Assembly (NCBI GenBank): GCA_001563875.1
Contig: LKMN01000002.1
Location: 11,324 to 75,323 of the forward strand
Length of the DNA: 64,000 nt
Direction: 5' to 3'
Origin: Nanohaloarchaea archaeon B1-Br10_U2g1
GTDB taxonomy: Archaea; Nanohalarchaeota; Nanosalinia; Nanosalinales; Nanosalinaceae
In this document: positions 38,342 through 47,948 of the stretch, piece after piece
Layout: the number at the start of each line of letters is the position of its first letter
Numbering within the stretch: the stretch's first letter is position 1
Translations under genes and position numbers: made by a program
The notes under the pieces: generated by a model
Told to the model about the DNA's origin: nothing
Database searches by the model: none
Seen by the model: only the letters and a program-made list of their open reading frames with translations

Positions 38342-39001
38342 TCAGCAGTACTCTTCTAGAGAAACAAAATCTGAGCCCTCGAAAACAGACTCAATATCTT
38401 CAATGTTCCTCAGATCTTCATCGAGATAAAAGCTTCTGACGACGTTGTCCTCTTCAACAAGACTTATCTGTATATCTATATCTGTATGGTTGTCTTCTAT
38501 CTCCTCTACGAACTGCTGTAGATCTGAACCCTCAACGGCCTCTCTATAAAGACCTGCAGCCACATAACCCGGGCGTTTAACAGGCTCTTCTGACAGAAAC
38601 TCGTCTTCAACCACAACATAGTCATACGTCTTTAGTTCTTCCTCAAAGCTTGAGTTCGACTCCTCCAGTTTTTGGGCCTGACTCCAAAGCCTTCTTCTCT
38701 CTGAAACATCAGAGAAACCGTGCTCTATAAGCTTGTAGCTTCCGTAAAGTCCTGCAGCAAACCCGGCTAAGGCAAATGCCGGCATAGACATGCCTGGCTC
38801 ATGGGAAGATTCAAGGACCCCAAAGTTTTCCAGCCCATAGTTAAGAGCTCCTGCAAAACCTGCGGAGGCAACAGGAATAGCCAGCATCTTATTGTAGCTG
38901 TATTCTAGCTCCGGATAGTCTTCCCCTACATAATCCAAGATATCGCTGTGCGACCTCGGAACCTCTTTCTCATAGACAGGGAAGAGTTCATGCTCAGTCA
39001 T
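38342..39001 (-). CDS. Hypothetical 2-TM protein (ORFan)
   Basis: Two glycine/alanine-rich hydrophobic segments and an acidic C-domain. Confidence 0.6.
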   Translation of the reverse strand: MTEHELFPVYEKEVPRSHSDILDYVGEDYPELEYSYNKMLAIPVASAGFAGALNYGLENFGVLESSHEPGMSMPAFALAGFAAGLYGSYKLIEHGFSDVSERRRLWSQAQKLEESNSSFEEELKTYDYVVVEDEFLSEEPVKRPGYVAAGLYREAVEGSDLQQFVEEIEDNHTDIDIQISLVEEDNVVRSFYLDEDLRNIEDIESVFEGSDFVSLEEYC

Positions 39002-39095
39002 AACGACAGAATAACCGGTAATTCATATATTGGTTATCTAATCGTCACAGGAATAGACCTATTGTTTATAAAGTTTTGATTCGAGGTTAGGTTCT

Positions 39096-39650
39096 ATGGC
39101 TAAGGCAGTTATTCAGAAAAACTGGTACGAACTCAAGGTACCCGATATATTCAGTGTTGATACTATAGCAGAGACGCCGGCAGAAAAAGACTCCCAGGTA
39201 ATGGGAAGAACTGTCAAAGAAAGTCTTACAGAAATAATGGAGGACGCAGACAAGTACTACGTTGATGTAGAATTTGTTGTAAACGATGTAGAAGGTAACA
39301 ACGCTTTCACAGAAATCAAAGGAATGGCTTGCTCCTCCGAGTTCGTCTCAAGAATGATAAGAAAAAGAAGCAACCGTATGGATCTCGTAGAAGACTTCGA
39401 GACATCCGACGGAAGAAAAGTAAGAGTCAAAGTTGTGGGAGCAACTGTGAAAAAGGCTTCAGGAAAAGCAATGAGAGACGCAAGAAAAGAGATTAAAGAA
39501 GTCATCGAAGAGAAGGCTTCAGAACAGTCTTACAACGAGTTCATGGAGAACATCTTCCTAGACAAGATCCAGACAGAAGCTAGAGACAAGGTAAACAAGA
39601 TCTATCCTTTCAGAGAGCTCGAAGTTCGTAAAACCGAACTACTAGAGTAA
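39096..39650 (+). CDS. rps3ae: 30S ribosomal protein S3Ae (eS1)
   Basis: 'KNWYELKVP', 'ETPA', 'GRTV', 'KIYPFRELEVRKTE'. Confidence 0.95.
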   Translation: MAKAVIQKNWYELKVPDIFSVDTIAETPAEKDSQVMGRTVKESLTEIMEDADKYYVDVEFVVNDVEGNNAFTEIKGMACSSEFVSRMIRKRSNRMDLVEDFETSDGRKVRVKVVGATVKKASGKAMRDARKEIKEVIEEKASEQSYNEFMENIFLDKIQTEARDKVNKIYPFRELEVRKTELLE

Positions 39651-39738
39651 ACCGTCTTTACCCATCTATCTTTCCATTTAATTTTAACTTAGACCAACGT
39701 TTCTGTTTAAAAAACTCTATACCCTCATCTTAACTATA

Positions 39739-39821
<83 letters not shown>

Positions 39822-39877
39822 AAAAAACTTGTACAATACTACAGTTTTTTAACTCGGAGAACCTAAGAATTAATTTA

Positions 39878-41041
39878 ATGGGCGAGAAAAAAGCTTTTTC
39901 ACGGGTTTCATCCGGTGAAGACGAGCAAACAAACAGTGAGGACCTTGAACAGTCTATTGACGAAGCCCTTGAAGACCAGAAGGAAGAGCTGAACCAGGTC
40001 TTTGCAAAGTATCAGATGCAACAACAAAATTTACGGACCAAGGCCATGGAGGAAGCTCAGAAAGTAGTTCTAAGACAGGTTGTAGGCGACATAAAGGAGC
40101 TTATAAATTCTGAAACTGAGGACCTCGAACAGAAGCTTGAGCAGCGACTCATAGATGCAGAGCAAAGTCTTGAGGACAAAATATCTGAAAACAGGACGCG
40201 TATAAGCGATACTGAACAGAAAATTGAAAATATACAAGAGAGCTCCAGTAAAGAGTTAAAAAATGCTGAGGAAGACAGAGAAAGTCTTCGAAAGGAAATT
40301 AGCGATGTTAAAAGCGATCTTGAAGAAGAAATCAAATTCAATACATCTATCTTCAACGAAGATTTAGAAGAGATATCAGAGAAGATATCCGAACTTGAGG
40401 ACACCTCAATAAATTCCAATATAGAAGAACTGAAACAGAATTTTGAGACATCCGATAAGAAGCTTGAAGAGTTCGAGAAAAGTCTTGAAACAATAAACTT
40501 GAAGTTCGAAGATAGGAGCGAGAGGCTGGAAAAACTGGAAAACAAGGTGAGGTCAGAAGAAACCTCTCCCGGGAAGAGCCCCAAAGATATTGAAGAGAGA
40601 ATAGGCCAAATACAGGAAAAATTAGCGGACCTAGAAAGCAAGATAAATATCATCAATAATGAAAGTGTTGAATCTGTTCAAGAAACCTCTGAAACCGTAA
40701 AGGAAACAGTAACAGATGATGAGAAAGATGTAGAATTAGAAGACGAAGAATCTGGAACCATTGAAGACAAAGATCTTTCCTCTAAAGAGAGCGAAGACAC
40801 AACAAGTTCCAAGAACTCTACACTTCTACCTGAAGAAGTAAACAGTAGTCTAGAGGGAGAAGAAATCCGAATAAGAGGTAAACTCGACCATAGAAAGGAA
40901 ACCTCTAAACACCACTTTTACAAACTTTCTGCGGGCGGAGACCAGATAATTGTGAGATCGGTTGACAAAATCCCTGAAGGCAACAGAATACTGAAAGGAG
41001 AAGTAGAGGAAATTAAAGGAAATCTCTGTATCGTAGTTTAA
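39878..41041 (+). CDS. Coiled-coil protein with C-terminal OB-fold-like beta domain (paralog of 43392)
   Basis: Heptads, acidic linker, C-terminal ~75 aa beta-rich domain. Confidence 0.75.
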   Translation: MGEKKAFSRVSSGEDEQTNSEDLEQSIDEALEDQKEELNQVFAKYQMQQQNLRTKAMEEAQKVVLRQVVGDIKELINSETEDLEQKLEQRLIDAEQSLEDKISENRTRISDTEQKIENIQESSSKELKNAEEDRESLRKEISDVKSDLEEEIKFNTSIFNEDLEEISEKISELEDTSINSNIEELKQNFETSDKKLEEFEKSLETINLKFEDRSERLEKLENKVRSEETSPGKSPKDIEERIGQIQEKLADLESKINIINNESVESVQETSETVKETVTDDEKDVELEDEESGTIEDKDLSSKESEDTTSSKNSTLLPEEVNSSLEGEEIRIRGKLDHRKETSKHHFYKLSAGGDQIIVRSVDKIPEGNRILKGEVEEIKGNLCIVV

Positions 41042-41064
41042 ATGTTCTATAAACAGAAACCTGA

Positions 41065-41125
41065 TTTATAAAGATTAACTTCGTTTTTGTAGTCACAGCC
41101 TGTAGTGGCTTTATGCCGCGAGGTA
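41065..41125 (+). promoter_or_regulatory. Promoter and two-hairpin leader of the rpl18e operon
   Basis: TTTATAAA 41065-72; AGTCAC/GTGGCT stem; TGCC-GCGA-GGTA GNRA hairpin. Confidence 0.45.
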
Positions 41126-41132
41126 GATCAAA

Positions 41133-41483
41133 ATGGATAAAAAAGCAGACCCAACCAACCCAGTACTTTTGAATACTATAGAGCTTCTCCAGAAACAGGA
41201 CGCAGCTGTCTGGAACGAAGTAGCTGAAAACCTTGGAAAAGTAAACCGGAAAAGACCGGAAGTAAACCTTTCAGATATAGAAAGGATAGCTGAAGAAGGA
41301 GACACCGTAATTGTACCCGGAAAAGTTCTAGGATCCGGAAGAATCACTAAAGAGGTAAAAGTTGCAGCCTTCAAAGCATCAAGATCCGCGAAGAACAAGA
41401 TAAAAGAAGAAGGCGATTTCATGTTTATCGAAGATCTTGTAGAAGACAACCCTGAAGGATCCGAGGTGAAAATAGTAAAATGA
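41133..41483 (+). CDS. rpl18e: 50S ribosomal protein L18e
   Basis: 'TNP', 'EVNLSDI', 'VPGKVLGSG', 'NPEGS'. Confidence 0.96.
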   Translation: MDKKADPTNPVLLNTIELLQKQDAAVWNEVAENLGKVNRKRPEVNLSDIERIAEEGDTVIVPGKVLGSGRITKEVKVAAFKASRSAKNKIKEEGDFMFIEDLVEDNPEGSEVKIVK

Positions 41484-41905
41484 TTATAAACGCAGAAAAC
41501 AGAGTGATCGGAAGACTAGCATCTAAGATAGCTCGAGAAGCAAAGAAAGGTGAAGAAGTACACGTAGTAAACTCCGAGAAATCAGTTATCTCTGGAGACA
41601 AAGAAAAAGTCTTTGAAGACTACAAACAGAAATACGAAAGAGGCGGGAGACATACCGGACCTCACTACCCGAAAAGACCTGACAAAATACTGAAAAGAAC
41701 GGTAAGAGGAATGCTCCCAACCAACAAAGAAGCCGGTAGAGACGCATTCTCAAACGTGAAAACCTACTTAGGAGTTCCTCTAAAGCTAGAGGAAGACGTT
41801 GAAGAAGTTGAAGTCAAACAGGGAGACGACTTAAAGAACAGGAACTATGTAAAACTTGGCGAAGTATCAAAGTTCATAGGCTGGACACCAAGAGGTGAAA
41901 AATAG
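41480..41905 (+). CDS. rpl13: 50S ribosomal protein uL13
   Basis: 'GRLAS', 'GPHYPKRPDKILKRTVRGMLP'. Confidence 0.96.
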   Translation: MIINAENRVIGRLASKIAREAKKGEEVHVVNSEKSVISGDKEKVFEDYKQKYERGGRHTGPHYPKRPDKILKRTVRGMLPTNKEAGRDAFSNVKTYLGVPLKLEEDVEEVEVKQGDDLKNRNYVKLGEVSKFIGWTPRGEK

Positions 41906-42307
41906 ATGCCAACACATACAAACGGAAAAAGAAAAACAGCTAAGGCACGTGCTACAGTGAAAGAAGGAGAAGGAACACTTAGAATTGACTCCCAGCCACT
42001 TAACACATGGCCGGAGATGCAGCAAAGAAACATTAAGGAACCTCTCGTAATAGCAGGAGAAGAAATAGTAGGAGATCTAGAGATAAATGTCTCTGTAAAC
42101 GGTGGAGGAAAAAGCAGTCAGGCAGAAGCTATAAGAATGGCGATAGCCAGAGGTCTTGTCGAACACACAGGAAGCGACGACCTTGAAAGAGATTTCAGAG
42201 ACTACGACAGAAACATGATGGTCGAAGATCCAAGAAGAACCGAGACAAGAAAACCTTCACAGTCGAGCAAAGGTGCCCGACACAAACAGCAGAAGTCTTA
42301 CAGGTGA
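41906..42307 (+). CDS. rps9: 30S ribosomal protein uS9
   Basis: 'GKRKTAKARA', 'GGG', 'QAEAIR', 'DPRRTE', 'QKSYR'. Confidence 0.97.
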   Translation: MPTHTNGKRKTAKARATVKEGEGTLRIDSQPLNTWPEMQQRNIKEPLVIAGEEIVGDLEINVSVNGGGKSSQAEAIRMAIARGLVEHTGSDDLERDFRDYDRNMMVEDPRRTETRKPSQSSKGARHKQQKSYR

Positions 42308-42312
42308 TTTAA

Positions 42313-42510
42313 TTGCAGTTTCCTGTTAGATGTTTAAGCTGTGGAAAGGTAATCGGAGATAAATGGGAAGAGTACCAGGAAAGAGTCGAAGACGGTGAAG
42401 ATGAGAAAGAGGTTCTCGACGACCTAGGGATCGAAAAGTACTGTTGTAGAACAATCTTCCTTACACACGTAGACAGTATAGACGAAGTTGGAGAACACAA
42501 AATAACATAA
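42313..42510 (+). CDS. rpoN: RNA polymerase subunit Rpo10 (N)
   Basis: 'PVRCLSCGKVI', 'VLDDLG', 'YCCR'; TTG start after GGTGA. Confidence 0.96.
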   Translation: MQFPVRCLSCGKVIGDKWEEYQERVEDGEDEKEVLDDLGIEKYCCRTIFLTHVDSIDEVGEHKIT

Positions 42511-42530
42511 ATCCTCTTTTTTCCTTATAA

Positions 42531-42908
42531 TTATTCTAATATTCTTCTTAGCGAAGGTTCAATCATCTTTAGATTAGGCGCTACTTCTACATCTTCTAAA
42601 TCCTCAGAGGTAAACCATTTCATATCCGTAGACCTATCTTCTTTAATCTCAGGATCACCGTTTAAATGAGCTATATATCCATGCCATAGATATATTTGAT
42701 CTTTATGATGGAACTCTCCACTGTAAAACGGTTTCTCAAGCTCAACTCTTACCTCTATCTCTTCTTCGGCTTCTCTCACAGCTGCTTCTGTCGGAGACTC
42801 TTTTTCCTTGACTTTTCCTCCAGGGACCTCCCAATGTTCTTCATCTTCCCTGTAAAGTAGCAGCAACCTGCCCTCCTCAATTATAATATTTCCTGAGACC
42901 TCTATCAT
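42531..42908 (-). CDS. NUDIX hydrolase
   Basis: Nudix box 'GGKVKEKESPTEAAVREAEEE'. Confidence 0.92.
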   Translation of the reverse strand: MIEVSGNIIIEEGRLLLLYREDEEHWEVPGGKVKEKESPTEAAVREAEEEIEVRVELEKPFYSGEFHHKDQIYLWHGYIAHLNGDPEIKEDRSTDMKWFTSEDLEDVEVAPNLKMIEPSLRRILE

Positions 42909-43306
42909 ATTTCAGACCTCAGTTTCTCAGCTATCTCCTCGCCATTTTCCAGCTCTGACCGGTCGTACTCTAGCTTAACCTCTTCTCCCGTATAACGCGG
43001 TGTTACATGGAAGTGTAGGTGAAATACTTCCTGTCCCGCAATAGAACCATTGTTCTGCGTTATGTTCACTCCCTCCGCTTCGAACGTGTCCTTGACACTG
43101 TTTGAAACATTAACTAAGACCTTCCAGAGATAGCTCATCTCTTCCGCCTCAAAAATATTCTCCACATGCTTCTTAGGTATGACGAGTGTGTGTCCTTTAG
43201 ACACCGGCTCATTATCTAGGAATGCCAAGATATTTTCATCTTCGTAAACTCGGTGACAAGGCAATTTTCCGTCGATTATCTTACAGAAGACGCAGTCATC
43301 TCTCAT
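42905..43306 (-). CDS. HIT family protein
   Basis: 'CVFCKI', 'GHTLVIPKKH', 'GQEVFHLHFH'. Confidence 0.95.
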   Translation of the reverse strand: MRDDCVFCKIIDGKLPCHRVYEDENILAFLDNEPVSKGHTLVIPKKHVENIFEAEEMSYLWKVLVNVSNSVKDTFEAEGVNITQNNGSIAGQEVFHLHFHVTPRYTGEEVKLEYDRSELENGEEIAEKLRSEI

Positions 43307-43391
43307 ACATTCATATTCTAGGGAACCGTTTCTTTTTCTATCTTACTCGAGGAATTATTTTTAAGGGAGCCAACCTCATTCTCAACTATAG

Positions 43392-46064
43392 ATGAAGGAC
43401 ATTCTAAGTAAGCTGCGAGGCGAAGATTCCGACTTCGAGAAGCAGTTAAAGGAGCTTCAGGAACAGGAAAAGAAGCGGGTTACTGAGGAGATGGAGAATG
43501 CCTTGAATGAGAAACTTCAAGAAACCGAGGAAGAGTGGCGTCAAGCCTTTGAGAGTTATAGAGCGAACGATCACGAACGTTTCTTGGAGATACTTGAAGA
43601 AGTAAGAGAAGAGATGATTGAAGAGACGGTAAGAAGCATTTCCAAGTTTCTGGAAGAAGAACAGGCAAAATTGAGAGACGTTACTTCATCCGAGCTGGAG
43701 GATAGAACTCAAGAGGTATTTACCGAGTTAGAGCATACTGAGCAGTCGTTGAAAAATGAGCTCTCAAACCAGTCAGAACAGATTGAATCAAACCTTAAAT
43801 CTAGCCTTAACAGACTTGACGAATCAACAGAGGAACGTATCAAGAAGTTGAATAAGAGCGAGGAGGCTTTAAAGAACAATATAGAGGAAAAGACTGAAGA
43901 TTTGAATAACGAAATTAGTAGGTTAGAGGCTGCGAAGGCGCAACAGGAAGCGTTGGAGGATCTAAGAGATAAAGTCACTGAAACCAGCTCCAAAATTCAA
44001 AGAGAGGAAGAAAAATTAAGAAACAGCGTTAAAGATAACAAAAAAAGGTTAAAAGACCATGAAGAGGCTCTAAACAATCTCCAAGAACAGTTGGAAGATC
44101 ATAAGAGCGCCATAAATAATAGAGTAAAGGATATAAGAAATGAAAGACAGGAGGCCATAGAAGGTTTACGATCTGAGCTACATAACCAAAAAGAAGAGAT
44201 AGCTCTTAGACTAGATTCTCTAGATGACGAGTTTGACAGCCTAAAAGAATGGATTGAGCATATAGATAGAGAGGAGCTTGAAGACGTTAGGAGACGTCTT
44301 GACGAGTTAGATGAAGGTCTGAATAAGAGAGTCGACACTATAGAGCAAGAACTTAAAGATTCTCTAGAGAACCAGAATAGTAGGATTGAAGCTCAGAAAG
44401 AGCAGTTAAACCAGATGGAAGAGGGTAATAACGAGATAGATCAGAAAATTGAGCGGCTGGACGAAAACCTGAATAAGCAGATAGAAAGCTCTACAGAGGA
44501 ACTAAGAAACAGGATAGACACTCTGGAAGAAGAGGACTTAGAAAGACTTGAAGATGATTTAAACAGGTCTATCAAAGAGGTTAGAAAAGATCTGGAATCT
44601 GTCTATGAGGAAGCAGAGCTTGATGTAAAATGGCTTGAAGAGAGAACAGAGGAGCATTCCCAGACCCTAGAATCGATAAAAGAACTTACCGAACAGAATA
44701 CGGAAAAAGTTGAGCAAACCGAAATCAACAGCGAGGACATAGAGCATCTTAAAAGCAGTCTCCAAGACCTGCGTGAAACCCTTCTGGACAAGCAAAGGGA
44801 ACAGGTCGATAAAATAAACTCAAAAAGAGATAAGTTAGAAAAAAAGCTTCTTGGACAAATTGAAGAGAGCTTAGGACCTATCAGAAACAAAGTTGAGAGC
44901 AAAGTAGATAGGAAGAACTTCGAAAATACAGTATCTGAGCTAGAGAATAGCCTAAAAGAAGAATTAGGATCTAAGGTTAGTCTCAAGAAATTTGAAAGAC
45001 TAGAAACCGGATTAGAGGACCTAAAACACAATTTTGAAGATCTAAAAGAGCTAGAAAATGATCTCTTAGAACACGAAAACGAATTTGAGAATGTAATCGG
45101 AGATGTGGAAAAAAGCCTAAGAAACAAAGCCGATTCTGAAGATCTAGAGCAACTAAGACAAGAGTTCGGGAAGAGCATAGAAGATTTTACTAGGATAGAC
45201 GATAGACTTGAGCAAGTAGCCAGTGATCTTGAAGATGAGCTGGAAGACGAAAAAGAAACACGTAAATCATATCAGAACGAGATCAATAAAGAGATAGAGA
45301 ACATTCGGTCCTCCCTCCAAACCACCGACAGGAAAGTTGAAGATCTAGATCAGGTTAACGAAAAAGTTGAAGGAAACAGAGAAAAACTGGAGTCTGTAAA
45401 GAAACTTTCAAGCCAAAATACAGATAGAATAGACGAAGCACAGAACCAGCTCCAAGAGAAAATTAAGAGCATAGAAGAGAATGAGAAAGGAGTGTTCAAA
45501 GAACTTGAAAAAGATTTAGCTGATCTGAAAGAAGAAAAGAGGAATCTAAAGAAAGAACTTTCTAGTAAAGCAGACAGTAACGAACTGAAAAAAATGAAGT
45601 CAAATATAGAATCTAAAATACAGGATAACAAAGAATCTGAAGAGATCTCCGACTTAAGGAACATATTAGACTCAATAGATCACAAGGTTGATGAAACGAC
45701 TAACAGAGTTAACAGCTTAGAGTCTCGCTTGAAATACGTAGAAGACGAGCTAGGATACAGTAAGGATGTAAGTAAATCTACAGAAGAAAATGCTGGGGTA
45801 GGCAAAACAGATAATGAAGCTGCAACTCAGACCTCAAAAAGCGTTTTACATCCAGAGGACCTGAATGAGAAATTCCTCAACAAAGAGGTAACAATTTCAG
45901 GAGAGCTTAAATTCCGTAGAGAAGTATCTAATAGCAAGCTCTATGCTTTAACAGGTAAGGACGACTGGGTAATAGTACGTTCAGACTCAGAACTGGATGA
46001 AGGTCAACAAGAGATAGATGGAACCGTAAAATCTCTTGAAGGCAAGTTATACCTAAGGGTTTAG
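43392..46064 (+). CDS. Very long coiled-coil protein with C-terminal OB-fold-like domain
   Basis: ~790 aa of heptads, no Walker motifs, no TM; C-domain homologous to 39878. Confidence 0.8.
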   Translation: MKDILSKLRGEDSDFEKQLKELQEQEKKRVTEEMENALNEKLQETEEEWRQAFESYRANDHERFLEILEEVREEMIEETVRSISKFLEEEQAKLRDVTSSELEDRTQEVFTELEHTEQSLKNELSNQSEQIESNLKSSLNRLDESTEERIKKLNKSEEALKNNIEEKTEDLNNEISRLEAAKAQQEALEDLRDKVTETSSKIQREEEKLRNSVKDNKKRLKDHEEALNNLQEQLEDHKSAINNRVKDIRNERQEAIEGLRSELHNQKEEIALRLDSLDDEFDSLKEWIEHIDREELEDVRRRLDELDEGLNKRVDTIEQELKDSLENQNSRIEAQKEQLNQMEEGNNEIDQKIERLDENLNKQIESSTEELRNRIDTLEEEDLERLEDDLNRSIKEVRKDLESVYEEAELDVKWLEERTEEHSQTLESIKELTEQNTEKVEQTEINSEDIEHLKSSLQDLRETLLDKQREQVDKINSKRDKLEKKLLGQIEESLGPIRNKVESKVDRKNFENTVSELENSLKEELGSKVSLKKFERLETGLEDLKHNFEDLKELENDLLEHENEFENVIGDVEKSLRNKADSEDLEQLRQEFGKSIEDFTRIDDRLEQVASDLEDELEDEKETRKSYQNEINKEIENIRSSLQTTDRKVEDLDQVNEKVEGNREKLESVKKLSSQNTDRIDEAQNQLQEKIKSIEENEKGVFKELEKDLADLKEEKRNLKKELSSKADSNELKKMKSNIESKIQDNKESEEISDLRNILDSIDHKVDETTNRVNSLESRLKYVEDELGYSKDVSKSTEENAGVGKTDNEAATQTSKSVLHPEDLNEKFLNKEVTISGELKFRREVSNSKLYALTGKDDWVIVRSDSELDEGQQEIDGTVKSLEGKLYLRV

Positions 46065-46106
46065 AGTACCCTTAAAAGTGTTAGAGGTTACAATAATTTC
46101 TACAAG

Positions 46107-46181
46107 GCGGCCGTGGTGTAGTCCGGCTAATCATTTCGGCCTTTCGAGCCGACGACCCGGGTTCAAATCCCGGCGGCCGCA
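46107..46181 (+). tRNA. tRNA-Glu(TTC)
   Basis: GCGGCCG/CGGCCGC acceptor, TCGGC-CTTTCGA-GCCGA anticodon arm, CCGGG-TTCAAAT-CCCGG T arm. Confidence 0.97.
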
Positions 46182-46212
46182 TCTAATTTAAATTTCTATA
46201 ATTCAGGTATTT

Positions 46213-46926
46213 CTAGAGTTTTAGCCAGAGATCTCTCAGGTACTGTTCGTTCTGCTCTTCGCCTTCATACTCCTTGAGAGAGGTTTTTAGAACTTCTTCA
46301 AGATACCTGTTTAGGTAGTGCTGGTTTCTATCTTTATTTTCTCTTTTTGAAGACTTACCTACCGGTATAGCTCCTTTAGGACTGTCTTCCAGAGTCTGAC
46401 CTGTATGGAGTTCAAACATAGAGCTGTAAGGCATTAACATATGCGATATCTTTGTTTCCTTGTCATAGTACTTCTCTGAAATATCTCTGATATCTTCTCC
46501 AAGCCTTTGAAACTCTTCTTTCAAAGTTTTGAGCTCTGTGTCCTCTCCTTCATCTGCCATAGACGGAAGGCTTTTATAGACGTCTTCCTCTTCAGATCCG
46601 TATACGAACAGCTCTACAGCCTGGTTAAGTCTCCTCTCCCTCTCTATGAGCTCTTCAAAGATGCTCTGGTAGACAGGCTCCTGGTAGTTAATGTTGTCCA
46701 TATCTAGTTCGATAAACGTGTTTTGAGATCCATCTATCTCTATACCCATTTTTCTAGAGTTCTTAGAACCTCTTACTTCAACAGTACCGTTTTTAGTCTT
46801 GACAGGACTGTATCCATGTCTTAGTAGATGGTTATAGAAGGTGTCAGGGTCGATAGCAGGAGTCTCTCCATCTCTAAACTCCAGCGGAGGGATTTTTTTA
46901 GTTAAAGGCCTATCTGACAGACTCAT
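46213..46926 (-). CDS. Hypothetical protein (ORFan)
   Basis: 237 aa ORF convergent on tRNA-Glu; acidic composition like host genes. Confidence 0.65.
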   Translation of the reverse strand: MSLSDRPLTKKIPPLEFRDGETPAIDPDTFYNHLLRHGYSPVKTKNGTVEVRGSKNSRKMGIEIDGSQNTFIELDMDNINYQEPVYQSIFEELIERERRLNQAVELFVYGSEEEDVYKSLPSMADEGEDTELKTLKEEFQRLGEDIRDISEKYYDKETKISHMLMPYSSMFELHTGQTLEDSPKGAIPVGKSSKRENKDRNQHYLNRYLEEVLKTSLKEYEGEEQNEQYLRDLWLKL

Positions 46927-47003
46927 GATACTTATACTACATTACAACCTTTTATCTTTGATTAACCTGTGTAGAAAGAATAATTGAGAAAAATGGATAG
47001 AAA

Positions 47004-47603
47004 CTAGTGTATATCCCTGTTTTTCTCCTTATCCCTACGTCTCAACGCGTTGTCAACAGGATCTTCAGAGTTCTTGGCCGCATCTATAATCTCTCTAACT
47101 CTTTCATTACCGGAAAACTTGGGTCTTAAGTCTCCTCTGAATACGTCTTCCAGATCCTCCCATTTCTCTCTTCTGATCATTTCCTGTACGTCTTCACGTT
47201 TCAAAGTATCGACCAGCTGTTCCCTGTCCATCTCTTCTATCTGTTCTACTATACCGCGGTCTTCCATCAGGTTCTGTTTCCGTTTAACCCCTATTAGACC
47301 GTTTAAAACTCTTAAAGCCTCCATCAGCTGGGCGTGTTCGTTATGGTATATAGCCATTTCGTCTTCGATTGCGGCTATATCTTCTGCTAATTCCTCCTCA
47401 AGAAGCTCATCATTCGAGTTTCTAAGTCTTCCGAATTTTTGACGTCTTTTTTCAGCAAGACCTTCGTGTTTATCTCTTTTTAACTCTAGATCAGCTTTCA
47501 GTTCTGATCTCTGTTCCCTAAGATCTTCTAGATCCATTCCTTCGATACTTACTTTGTCGTCGTGCGTGAACCTGTCGATTATATTGCTTAGTACGCTTAC
47601 CAT
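47004..47603 (-). CDS. Helical-hairpin protein, possibly PspA/ESCRT-III-like
   Basis: 199 aa, all-alpha; short amphipathic N-terminus then two long helices. Confidence 0.55.
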   Translation of the reverse strand: MVSVLSNIIDRFTHDDKVSIEGMDLEDLREQRSELKADLELKRDKHEGLAEKRRQKFGRLRNSNDELLEEELAEDIAAIEDEMAIYHNEHAQLMEALRVLNGLIGVKRKQNLMEDRGIVEQIEEMDREQLVDTLKREDVQEMIRREKWEDLEDVFRGDLRPKFSGNERVREIIDAAKNSEDPVDNALRRRDKEKNRDIH

Positions 47604-47636
47604 GTAAAAGAGAATTGTACAGCTTCTAAATAAAAC

Positions 47637-47948
47637 CTACCTGTATATCTGTCTGAAAGCCTTCCAACGGTACTCTAAGAGTTTGAAACATTCTTCAGGC
47701 CGGTCTCCATCTCGGAAGAACATCCGTTTCCATGTTCCATCTATCTTGAAAAGTATGTATGGGAAGATAGACTCGGGCTGGTACTTTAGATCTTCAATCT
47801 TAGAGAAATGGATTTTATCGACCAGCTCTTCGGAAGAGAAGTTTTCGGTTATCTTATCCCAGTCTTCAGAATCTCTACTCTCTCTTTCAACATGGTCTCT
47901 TGTAACGGCCACATCACCTAGCTCTGATTCGAACTCCTCATACTCCAT
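47637..47948 (-). CDS. Hypothetical protein (possible PH-like beta domain)
   Basis: Translationally coupled to the citryl-CoA lyase gene (TAATG overlap). Confidence 0.6.
   Translation of the reverse strand: MEYEEFESELGDVAVTRDHVERESRDSEDWDKITENFSSEELVDKIHFSKIEDLKYQPESIFPYILFKIDGTWKRMFFRDGDRPEECFKLLEYRWKAFRQIYR

Noticed and set aside
43392-46064. SMC/Rad50 annotation
   Set aside because: No Walker A/B, signature, hinge or zinc-hook motif.
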